A DNA stretch of 64,000 nucleotides, from the NCBI GenBank assembly GCA_017534595.1, contig JAFXVY010000126.1:16020-80019 (forward strand), read 5' to 3'. This DNA comes from Ruminococcus sp. Its GTDB lineage: Bacteria; Bacillota; Clostridia; Oscillospirales; Ruminococcaceae. The notes beneath the pieces were generated by a model. That model was not told where the DNA came from. It searched no databases and saw only the letters and a list, made by a program, of their open reading frames with translations. Both the position numbers and the translations under genes were made by a program. Within the stretch, counting starts at the first letter, position 1; the number at the start of each line of letters is the position of its first letter. Positions 52,331 to 61,143 of this stretch are shown here, in pieces.

Positions 52331-52363
52331 ATGATAATATCTGTTTGATAGGAGAGATAGAAA

Positions 52364-53260
52364 TTGTCACCGCTGAAGATCATACTGACGCTCGCGGTCA
52401 GCGGGCTGATCGGATATTTCACAAACTATATCGCCGTGAAGATGCTGTTCCGCCCGAGAACGGAGAAGCATATTTTCGGAAAAAGGGTACCCTTTACTCC
52501 GGGCGTTGTCCCCAAGAATCAGCCGAGGCTCGCCAAGGCGCTGGGCAGAACGGTGAGCGAACAGCTGCTGACCGGCGACGATCTCAAGCAGGCGCTGACC
52601 TCCGAGAAGACCGCCGACACCGTCGCGCAGAAGATCACCGAGGCGCTGTTCACCGACAGGCAGATAAGCGATCTGACCGCAGACTTTGCCGGCACCGAGA
52701 ACGCTGCGGCTCTGCGTGCCTTTGCCGAGGAGAAGATCACGTCTTTGGCTGTCCAGAAGCTCAAGGAGGCGGATATCGGCGCTTTGATAATCAATGAGGG
52801 TACGGCGGCAGTCAAGGAGAAGGTCGCGGGCTCGATGCTCGCCATGTTCGTGAACGACGAGCTGATCGCCTCGCTGGCGGCACCTCTCGGTGAGAAGATA
52901 ACCGCTTACATCGACTCCAACGCCGACGGGATGATCGGCAAAGCAGTTACCGAGGAGCTTGACCGCCTTGAAGCCTCAACTCCTGCAGACCTGCTCGCCG
53001 GCGCAGGCGTCGCCCCGGAGACAGTCAGAGCGGCAGCCTCGCAGCTGTTCATGCGTGCCGCCGCCGACGCCATAGATCCGCTGCTCGCCTCGGTGGACAT
53101 CCCCGCGATGGTGGAGGCAAGGGTCAACGCCATGAGCGTCGTCGAGGTGGAGGAGCTTGTGATGTCGGTCATGAAGCACGAGCTCAACGCGGTCATAAAT
53201 CTCGGCGCACTGATCGGTATAGTCATCGGCCTGCTGAACCTGCTGGTGCAGAGCATCTGA
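52364..53260 (+). CDS. DUF445-family membrane protein
   Basis: GYFTNYIAVKMLFRP...PFTPGVVPKN N-terminal motif and a C-terminal TM. TTG start after AGGAGAG. Confidence 0.7.
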   Translation: MSPLKIILTLAVSGLIGYFTNYIAVKMLFRPRTEKHIFGKRVPFTPGVVPKNQPRLAKALGRTVSEQLLTGDDLKQALTSEKTADTVAQKITEALFTDRQISDLTADFAGTENAAALRAFAEEKITSLAVQKLKEADIGALIINEGTAAVKEKVAGSMLAMFVNDELIASLAAPLGEKITAYIDSNADGMIGKAVTEELDRLEASTPADLLAGAGVAPETVRAAASQLFMRAAADAIDPLLASVDIPAMVEARVNAMSVVEVEELVMSVMKHELNAVINLGALIGIVIGLLNLLVQSI

Positions 53261-53390
53261 GCTCAGCGCGGAAATCTGTCGTTGCTGAACAGCTCGCAGA
53301 TCAGCAGAAATATCGTTACGGCAGCAGCAAGATCGGCTGTCAGCATTGCATTCACCTGATTTCATATATTGATATTTCCCGGCGGAGCGC

Positions 53391-54710
53391 TTACATCGTG
53401 AGCGTTCCGCTTTCGCTTTCATAGAGGATGAGGATCTGTTCCTCGCGGCCGGTCTGAGCTCCGAAGTAGACAAGCACATGGGTTTTGTCTGCGGACTCGC
53501 ACTTGAACTCATAGCAGAGCTTTTCCTCTCCGCCGTCGGAGGGGATGACCGCCAGACCTCGCGATAATACCGTGAGTTCCGGGCTGAGCTTCTTCTGTAC
53601 CGTCCTCACCGAGACGAGCTTTTCCGGCATCTCGCGCCTGCGGTGGTTGACGAGATACCCTCTCGCATCAAGGCCGACTATCTCACCTGTGTCCAGCGCC
53701 GCAGAGACCTTGATAAGGTCGGTGTAGCAGCAGACCTCGCCCTGACAGTAGGCGTAGTTGACAGTGAGAACGTGGTCAATATTTTCATAGTAGGTGTACT
53801 TCATATTGTTGTAGCCGAGCGCTTTGAGTATTTCATCGCAGGCGTCGATCGCATCTTCTACCGAAACGCTCTCGCTGTACACATCCCGGTTTTTAAGAAA
53901 ATATGAAACATACCCTCCCTGCTTGGTAACGGCGCAGGAGGCCGAACCGTCGGCAGCAGAGAAAACATAAGAGGGCATCTTACCGCTCTCCTCATATTCC
54001 TCCGAAAGCACTGCATCCGAGACTCCGAGTGCAGCTTCCGCACGGGCTCTTGCGGCCTCCCGGGAGATCTCATCCTTGCCCTTGGTCATCAGCGGAGTTT
54101 TCTCCATGATGTGATCCGAAAAGGGCCCGTCGTACACCAGCGAGGGGTAGGAATCAAAGCCTTCCTCGAACTCGGTGAAGCCCTCGGTCACAGCCGGAGG
54201 CTCTCCGGTATCGCTCTCTGCAAACAGTCCCTCACCGCTTGCGGCACGGTTCTCGAGCTTCCACATATCGTCACGGAGGCGCTGCGAGAACTCCCACAGC
54301 TCCGACAGCCGCTGACGCTCATCGTCGGTTACGCTGCCTGACTCTCTAGCCTTCCCACTCACTGAAAGCGCGTAGTTTCCGACCTGCGAGAGAAATTTGC
54401 TCGTGTTCTCAAGGGTGGCATCGCCCATCGGCAGCTGCGACAGAGCCGCCTTTGCCATAGCCGAATCCCGCCAGAGCTGCTGCGAAAGCTTCGCCTGCAT
54501 ATCCGCTGTGCCGGCGTAAAGCTGCTTCTGCAGGGTGTTGGAGATGTTGTCCGCTGCGAGGGAAAGCTCCTCGAGCGCGTGGGTGTACCCCGCCTCAACG
54601 GTGCGCAGAGCGCGTTCGTTCTCACGCATCAGTATAACGTTGCGGATGAGCAGTACACCTGCTGCCGCCGCAGAAAAAACAAAGACCCGTATCAGAGTGC
54701 GTCGTTTCAT
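53391..54710 (-). CDS. ypeB: spore germination protein YpeB
   Basis: N-terminal TM, then the YpeB-like LEELSLAADNISNTLQK...LENTSKFLSQVGNYA region and PepSY-like C-terminal repeats. ATG at 54710 after AAGGAGGA. Confidence 0.8.
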   Translation of the reverse strand: MKRRTLIRVFVFSAAAAGVLLIRNVILMRENERALRTVEAGYTHALEELSLAADNISNTLQKQLYAGTADMQAKLSQQLWRDSAMAKAALSQLPMGDATLENTSKFLSQVGNYALSVSGKARESGSVTDDERQRLSELWEFSQRLRDDMWKLENRAASGEGLFAESDTGEPPAVTEGFTEFEEGFDSYPSLVYDGPFSDHIMEKTPLMTKGKDEISREAARARAEAALGVSDAVLSEEYEESGKMPSYVFSAADGSASCAVTKQGGYVSYFLKNRDVYSESVSVEDAIDACDEILKALGYNNMKYTYYENIDHVLTVNYAYCQGEVCCYTDLIKVSAALDTGEIVGLDARGYLVNHRRREMPEKLVSVRTVQKKLSPELTVLSRGLAVIPSDGGEEKLCYEFKCESADKTHVLVYFGAQTGREEQILILYESESGTLTM

Positions 54711-54960
54711 ATATCCTCCTTGTGTACAAAAAACCGTACAGAACAATCAACGCCCGAGCTAATGTCAGGAGTGCCCGTTCCGGTATAACTGTCCCAAAAA
54801 TTACACTTGTTTCCTTATATAGTATGCTCACCGAGAGACAGTATATTCGTCGGAACATATAAGAATATTCGCTCAGAACTCGCGCACTTGATTTATTTAC
54901 AATTATGTGATACAATTAAAATGAAGATTTATGCGTTGCTTTTTGAAAGGATCTGATCTG

Positions 54961-56091
54961 ATGATATATCTTGACAACGCCGCGACGACCCGACCGTCGC
55001 AGGCGTGTATCGACGCGGTGACTCAGGGTCTTGCGGAGTTCGGCAACCCCTCCTCGCTGCACGGTCTCGGCCTCGCTGCCGAACAGAAACGGGAGGCTGC
55101 AAGGGAGGCAGTCGCCAAAGCGCTCGGCGCTCAGCCGGAGGAGATCTTCTTCACCTCCTGCGCTACCGAGAGCAGCAACACCGTGATCTTCGGCGCGGCG
55201 CAGACGGTCGGCAAGCGCAAGAAGCGTATTGTCACCACCTCGGTCGAGCATCCGTCGGTGGCGGTCTGCTGCGATAAGCTCGCCGAGCGCGGGTTCGAGA
55301 TCGTCCGCGTCCGTCCCCGGGAGGACAAAAGGATCCACGCCGATGACATCACCGCTGCCTGCGACGACAACACCGCGCTGGTCAGCGTCATGCTCGTCAA
55401 CAACGAGACCGGAAGCGTCATCCCCGCCGAGACGGCTTTCGCGGCGATCAAGAAAAAGTATCCCCAGACCCTCACTCACTGCGATTGCGTTCAGGGCTTT
55501 CTCAAGCTCCCGATCCGCGCTCCGAAGCTCGGCGCCGACTTCATCTCGCTGAGCGCTCACAAGATCCACGGCCCCAAGGGTATCGGTGCGCTGTACATCC
55601 GCAAGGGAGTCCACCTCCCGGCGTTCATCGTCGGCGGAGGTCAGGAGCGGGGGTTCCGCTCGGGTACGGAAAGCGTCCCGCTGATCGCCGGGTTCGGCGC
55701 GGCCTGTGAGGAGCTTTCAGGCAATATCACCCAGCGCCATGACAAGGTGCTTGCGCTTCGGAAAAAGCTCCGCGAGCTCTGTGAGCGGACCGAGGGCGTC
55801 TATTTCAACAGCCCCGACGACGGCTCCCCCTATATCTGCAGCATCGCGGTCAAGGGATTGCGTTCGGAGGTGCTGCTGCACTTCCTCGAGCAGCGCGGGA
55901 TCTATGTATCGAGCGGGTCGGCGTGCTCAAAGGGTAAGAAAAGTTCGGTCATCGCCGAGTTCGGCATACCCTCCGAGCTGGCGGATTCGGTGCTTAGGAT
56001 CAGCTTCTGCTCCGATAACACCCCGGAAGAGCTGGACGAGCTCTTTGACGCTGTGAAGACTGCACAAAAAACGCTTGCCAAAATCAGGTAA
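54961..56091 (+). CDS. cysteine desulfurase (NifS/IscS class V aminotransferase)
   Basis: IYLDNAATT start, SAHKIHGPKGIG PLP-lysine motif, SSGSACS active-site Cys loop. Followed by thiI. Confidence 0.9.
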   Translation: MIYLDNAATTRPSQACIDAVTQGLAEFGNPSSLHGLGLAAEQKREAAREAVAKALGAQPEEIFFTSCATESSNTVIFGAAQTVGKRKKRIVTTSVEHPSVAVCCDKLAERGFEIVRVRPREDKRIHADDITAACDDNTALVSVMLVNNETGSVIPAETAFAAIKKKYPQTLTHCDCVQGFLKLPIRAPKLGADFISLSAHKIHGPKGIGALYIRKGVHLPAFIVGGGQERGFRSGTESVPLIAGFGAACEELSGNITQRHDKVLALRKKLRELCERTEGVYFNSPDDGSPYICSIAVKGLRSEVLLHFLEQRGIYVSSGSACSKGKKSSVIAEFGIPSELADSVLRISFCSDNTPEELDELFDAVKTAQKTLAKIR

Positions 56092-56175
56092 AAAGCCGAG
56101 AACGAAAGTTCCATACTATTATAAATATATAAGAGACAGAATAAGAGATAATAACAGGAAAGCTGAGGAAGAAAA

Positions 56176-57354
56176 ATGAAAGAACTCATACTTTGCAAGT
56201 ACGGCGAGATAGCCCTCAAGGGTCTCAACAAGAGCAGCTTCGAGAGCGTGCTCCAGAAAAATGTCAAGCGCAGGCTCCAGGATCTCGGAAAGTTCAGCGT
56301 GACCCGGGCGCAGTCCACCGTCTACGTCGAGCCCCTCGAGGACGGTATCGACATGGACGAAGCGGTCGAGAGACTCAGAAAGGTCTTCGGCATCGCCAAG
56401 CTCACCCGCGCACTCGAGGTCGAGAAGTCGATGGACGCCATACTCAACGATACAATGGATTACCTCGCCCTCGCCTTCGACGGCAAGCGGACCTTCAAGG
56501 TCAATGCGAAACGCGCCGATAAGAAGTTTCCGGTCAAGTCCCCGGAGATCTGCTCCGAGCTCGGGCATAAGATCCTCGAGCGTTTCCCGGATATGAAGGT
56601 GGACGTCCACGAGCCGGATGTTACCGTAACGGTGGAGATCAGAGAGAAGCACGCCTTTATCAACGCCCTGCGCCTCGACGGTGCCGGCGGCATCCCGGTG
56701 GGTACCGGCGGAAGAGGTCTGCTGCTGCTTTCGGGCGGCATCGACTCGCCGGTGGCGGGATATATGCTCGCCAAGAGGGGAGTGGTCGTTCAGGCGATAC
56801 ACTTCGAGGCGCCGCCCTATACCTCAGAGAGAGCAAGGCTCAAAGTCGAGAAGCTGGCCGCGAAGATCTCCGAGTACTGCGGAGACATCAATTTCCACTG
56901 CGTCCCCTTCACCGAGATACAGGAAGCCATCCGGGACAACTGCCCCGAGGAGCTGTTCACGATCATCATGCGCAGACTCATGATGGAGATCGCACAGCGC
57001 ATCGCCGCCAAAGAGGACTGCTCCTGCCTGATAACCGGCGAAAGCCTCGGGCAGGTAGCCAGCCAGACGATGTACGCCATGGTCTGCACAGACGCCGCCT
57101 GCCGGATACCCGTTTTCCGTCCCTGCATCGGATTGGACAAGTCAGAGATCGTGGAAATATCCAGAAAGATAGACACTTTCGAGACCTCGATCCTTCCTTA
57201 CGAGGATTGCTGCACGGTGTTCACTCCGAAGCATCCGAAGACAAGGCCCACGCTTGATGATGTGGAAAAAGCGCAGAAATTATTTGATTTTGAGCCGCTC
57301 CTGCAAAAGGCAGTGGATACCGCAACAGTCAAGCTTATTAAAAAATTCGTATGA
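56176..57354 (+). CDS. thiI: tRNA 4-thiouridine(8) synthase ThiI
   Basis: THUMP N-domain, PP-loop LLLSGGIDSPVA. Confidence 0.9.
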   Translation: MKELILCKYGEIALKGLNKSSFESVLQKNVKRRLQDLGKFSVTRAQSTVYVEPLEDGIDMDEAVERLRKVFGIAKLTRALEVEKSMDAILNDTMDYLALAFDGKRTFKVNAKRADKKFPVKSPEICSELGHKILERFPDMKVDVHEPDVTVTVEIREKHAFINALRLDGAGGIPVGTGGRGLLLLSGGIDSPVAGYMLAKRGVVVQAIHFEAPPYTSERARLKVEKLAAKISEYCGDINFHCVPFTEIQEAIRDNCPEELFTIIMRRLMMEIAQRIAAKEDCSCLITGESLGQVASQTMYAMVCTDAACRIPVFRPCIGLDKSEIVEISRKIDTFETSILPYEDCCTVFTPKHPKTRPTLDDVEKAQKLFDFEPLLQKAVDTATVKLIKKFV

Positions 57355-57596
57355 TAAAAGACCGTCATTTTGACCAAATCGCGCAGCTGCGCAGGATGAC
57401 CGTGTCAAGAAAAACAGCTTTCTGAAAGAATATTAGCTGACAGATAGCTCCTCTATTTACAAATAATTACATATTGCCCGAATGTGAACAGACTGCTAAA
57501 AAAGCACAGTGTAAAGGTTTTGACCTTTCAAAAACTGACTTATACAGATTTTTGGACGCATTCGGGCGATAATTTTCAGCAAGATTATGCTAAAAA

Positions 57597-57605
57597 TGGT
57601 ATAAT
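57597..57605 (+). promoter_or_regulatory. extended -10 promoter element inside the long thiI-cinA spacer
   Basis: TGgTATAAT at 57597-57605. It would give a ~320-nt 5' leader before cinA. Confidence 0.35.
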
Positions 57606-57930
57606 ATGGAAAGAAAAACGACTGTGAAAAATATCGGACAGTTAAAAAGTTACATTCCGGTTAAAAGTGTAACCTGCCTTTAACGTGCTTGTACCGATTT
57701 TTGGACACACGCCATTTGATACCGTTTTTGTGCATATTTCACAAATGCCTATTCAAGGGCTTTTCGTGACTTCGAGCACTTTCCGGAGACTCTCACCCGA
57801 GCCGGAAAAGATGCCGTCAGACCCTCCCGATGAGTAACATTTTGATTACTCCGGAGGGCAAAAACGGGTGATTTTTTTGTTATTTGTGAGTACAGACGTT
57901 CGCAAAATATTCAAATTTGAGGTGATTTCT

Positions 57931-58512
57931 ATGTGCAATATGAAAAAGAATGGCGCTGACGGCTCGTGTAATTTTGCCAAAGATAACAAAATGGTTACAA
58001 AAAGGCTTGACATTGTAACAGATCGTGTTGTAAAATATATGATAGCGAAACACATCAGCCTGTCTGCGGCCGAAAGCTGCACCGGCGGGATGATAAGCGA
58101 AAAGGTCACGGGCGTGGCCGGAGCTTCCGCGGTATATGCCGGCGGTGTGTGCAGCTACAGCGAGGACGTAAAGGAAAGAGTGCTGGGCGTGAGCCGTGAG
58201 ACACTCGACCGCTTTACCGTCTACTCCGCAGAAACGGCTGACGAGATGAGCGCCGGGGTCATGAGGCTGATGCGCACCGATGCCGCGATCGGAGTCACCG
58301 GGATCGCCGGTCCGGGCGGCGGCAGTGAAGAGAAGCCTGTCGGTACCGTCTACGTCAGCGTAAGGTACAAGGATAAAAAGACCGTGCGCGATCTCGCCCT
58401 GTATAAAGAATATGAAGATCCGGACAGAGAGTTCATTCGTATCGCGGCTTCGGCGGAGGCGCTGGAAATGCTTGAGCAGCTCCTTCGCGGTAATGAAAGC
58501 GAGGCAAACTGA
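57931..58512 (+). CDS. CinA C-terminal domain protein (PncC-type NMN amidohydrolase)
   Basis: SAAESCTGGMI, GVTGIAGPGGG, KPVGTVY motifs. ATG at 57931 after GAGGTGA. Confidence 0.85.
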   Translation: MCNMKKNGADGSCNFAKDNKMVTKRLDIVTDRVVKYMIAKHISLSAAESCTGGMISEKVTGVAGASAVYAGGVCSYSEDVKERVLGVSRETLDRFTVYSAETADEMSAGVMRLMRTDAAIGVTGIAGPGGGSEEKPVGTVYVSVRYKDKKTVRDLALYKEYEDPDREFIRIAASAEALEMLEQLLRGNESEAN

Positions 58513-59621
58513 TGTCTATGGCAAATGAAGTCAATAACCTGCCTGAGCAGGATGATACAAATTTCTTCGTCAGGTTCCTGAAATACTTTATCCCCTGGAA
58601 GGGTGACGGAGCGTCGGAGATCATACGAAAGATAGTCTTCGCGTTCTCGATAGTGCTCTTCGTGCTCTCGCTCAATGAGCTGACCGACTTCCTCAAAACG
58701 GATCAGGCCGAGCTCAACTACGCGCAGAACATCGTGAAGTACGAGCCCGACTGGGACGATGAGCTCAACCTCGACGACGTCAGCGCAGATATCTCCGATT
58801 CCTCGGCGGACGTTCCGAAGGGGAACGACAGCGAGAGCGGTTCCAAGGAAAGAAAAGTTCAGGCCTGGGCAAACGAGCTGCTGCAGCGCAACAGCGATGT
58901 GGTCGGCTGGATCAAGATCCCCGGCTTCTGCAACGACAACGGCGATGAGTTCATCAATTTCCCCGTCCTCCAGAGAGAGTACAAGGGAAGCATAGACGAG
59001 GCCAATAACTACTATCTAACGCGCAACATCGACGGGTATTACTACGAGTCGGGAAGCATCTTCGCCGACTGCCTCATACCCATCAATGAAAAGGGCCAGG
59101 CGGACAACATAGTTATCTACGGCCACCACATGAGAAGGCTGGGCACCTCCTTCACCCACCTCGCCGAGTATAAATCCGGCGTGGATATCGTGAAGAAGTA
59201 TCCGGTGATCCAGTTCAACACCATATACGAAAATAATCAGAAGTACGTTATCATCGGCTGCTTCGTTGCCGCTGCTGACGACTCGCAGGATGATATCGAG
59301 ATCTTCGATTATTGGAGATACAGAAACTTCGACGACGACAAGTACTCGTTCGATAAATGGATAGCGAACGTGAGAAAGCAGAGCTGGTACTCCTGCGACG
59401 TCGAATGTACAGCAGACGATGATTACATCACGCTCTCGACCTGCTCCAATGAGGTCGCTGAAATGCGCTGGGTAATCGTGGCAAAAAAGGTCACAGCCGC
59501 CGACAATCTCGACCTTATAGTCAAGTCCTATAAGGAGCGGCCCGATTCGGAGATCTATTTCCCGAGGGTCTGGAGAAATGTCTGGGGAAACAACAAGAAA
59601 TATCTCGGCTGGTCCTACTGA
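58512..59621 (+). CDS. class B-like sortase
   Basis: N-terminal TM. IVIYGHHM (His), ITLSTCS (Cys), MRWVIVAKK (Arg). Start shares a base with the cinA stop (TGATG). Confidence 0.8.
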   Translation: MSMANEVNNLPEQDDTNFFVRFLKYFIPWKGDGASEIIRKIVFAFSIVLFVLSLNELTDFLKTDQAELNYAQNIVKYEPDWDDELNLDDVSADISDSSADVPKGNDSESGSKERKVQAWANELLQRNSDVVGWIKIPGFCNDNGDEFINFPVLQREYKGSIDEANNYYLTRNIDGYYYESGSIFADCLIPINEKGQADNIVIYGHHMRRLGTSFTHLAEYKSGVDIVKKYPVIQFNTIYENNQKYVIIGCFVAAADDSQDDIEIFDYWRYRNFDDDKYSFDKWIANVRKQSWYSCDVECTADDDYITLSTCSNEVAEMRWVIVAKKVTAADNLDLIVKSYKERPDSEIYFPRVWRNVWGNNKKYLGWSY

Positions 59622-59678
59622 TATCTGGCTGCTCCGTGCAGCAAATCGCGGCTGCTTGATGGCCGCGGGAAAGGTTAT

Positions 59679-60971
59679 GTGATCCCAATGAAATTTTCCA
59701 ACTCGGCAGACAGTGATAAACAGACTCTGAAGCTTTCTGCAATGAAGACCGGCGTTGCCCTCTGTGCAGCAGTCGTGATGCTCCTCGGCGGTACCGTTGC
59801 CGTTTACGGCATGGGCTCGAGAGACGAATCCGACATCAAGGCACAGGACATCGCAGTTTCCGCAGCGGACAGCAGCAGCGAAAGTGAGTCAGAGAACGCC
59901 GAAGAGTCCGGCGAGGAAGGTCTTGCAGAGACAGTCTCCTCCGAGGACGACGGTTTTGAGTACGTCGAGTGGCGTAAGGCCGATGTCGGCGCTTACAGCG
60001 ACTCCTACCTCAACACCGAGGCAGATAAGGTGACTACGGTATCCACTACCGAAGTTTCCGTAGCTGAAACAGTTGCTCCGGACGCTGAGCCCGAGACCAA
60101 GGCAAGCACTACCACCGCCAAGGCTGCGACTACCACAAAGGCGTCCACCACGACAAAGGCTTCAACTACGACCACCAAGGCCGCAACTACGACCAAGGCT
60201 GCAACCACTACCACCAAGGCTGCAACTACTACCAAGTCAACGACCACTACCACCAAGCAGACTACTACCACCACTGCGCTCAAGTTCAAGGACATCACCT
60301 CCAAGACCATGTACGTCAAGAGCCAGGTGAACTTCAGAACAGGCCCCTCCAAGAGCTCGCCTATCCTGCTGATCCTCAACACCAACACCGCAGTCACCGT
60401 CAATAAGCTCAGCACCGACGGCGAATGGTATGCAGTCAAGTACAGCGGTTACTCCGGCTACATAATGGCATCCTACCTCACCGATACAGCCCCCGCTACC
60501 ACTACCGCCAAGGTGACTACCACCACCCGCGGCACAACGAGCTCCGGCGGCACCTACGCCAACGGCTACGTTATCCCGATCACCGACGAGGAGTTCGAGA
60601 TGATGACCTACGTAGTACAGTTTGAGGTCGGCAACTGCAGCGAGACCCTTAAGCTCGCCTGTGCAAATGTCATCATCAACAGGATGTACTCGAGCGTCTT
60701 CCCCAAGACCATCAAGGAGATCCTGACACAGCGCAATCAGTTCACCGCTGTTTATTCCTACTACAACAAGAGCGTAACTCCCAATCAGAATACGATCAAC
60801 TGCGTAAGACGCGCTCTTCAGGGCGAAGGAAACGCACTCGTTAACGGCGCAACCGCCTATTACGCTCCCAGATATTCCACACCGTCCGCATCTGCATGGT
60901 TTGAAAGCCTCTGCTTCTGCGCTCAGCTTGAGGGCGTAAGATACTTCAAGCTTTGGCAGGAGGTAAAGTAA
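59679..60971 (+). CDS. SleB/CwlJ-type cell-wall hydrolase (Hydrolase_2) with SH3 domain and Thr/Lys/Ala-rich linker
   Basis: TM, acidic region, (TTTKAA)n linker, SH3-like YVKSQVNFRTGPS...WYAVKYSGYSGYI, C-terminal ANVIINRM...QRNQFTAV hydrolase motif. Start is the GTG at 59679 or the ATG at 59688. Confidence 0.75.
   Translation: MIPMKFSNSADSDKQTLKLSAMKTGVALCAAVVMLLGGTVAVYGMGSRDESDIKAQDIAVSAADSSSESESENAEESGEEGLAETVSSEDDGFEYVEWRKADVGAYSDSYLNTEADKVTTVSTTEVSVAETVAPDAEPETKASTTTAKAATTTKASTTTKASTTTTKAATTTKAATTTTKAATTTKSTTTTTKQTTTTTALKFKDITSKTMYVKSQVNFRTGPSKSSPILLILNTNTAVTVNKLSTDGEWYAVKYSGYSGYIMASYLTDTAPATTTAKVTTTTRGTTSSGGTYANGYVIPITDEEFEMMTYVVQFEVGNCSETLKLACANVIINRMYSSVFPKTIKEILTQRNQFTAVYSYYNKSVTPNQNTINCVRRALQGEGNALVNGATAYYAPRYSTPSASAWFESLCFCAQLEGVRYFKLWQEVK
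60100..60276 (+). repeat. in-frame Thr-Lys-Ala codon tandem repeat
   Basis: Encodes KASTTTAKAATTTKASTTTKASTTTTKAATTTKAATTTTKAATTTKSTTTTTKQTTTTT. Confidence 0.8.
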
Positions 60972-61143
60972 CCAAATTTTGATGCTCGGAATTGTGTAAA
61001 ATGACGAAATGTCAAGACGTTCGCGAATAATGTCTTGACATTTTCCTTTAGGTATGCAAAAATTAGGTAGAAATCTGTCAGCCGGATAAGGTTCCGGCAG
61101 CAGAGTCAAGACGCGGCATCAGCCGCATGAAGGGATAGGTAAG

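Noticed and set aside
61013-61040. Spo0A box in the spoIID upstream palindrome
   Set aside because: TTCGCGA and TGTCAAG each deviate from the 0A box TGTCGAA/TTCGACA at key positions, so this is not a convincing match.
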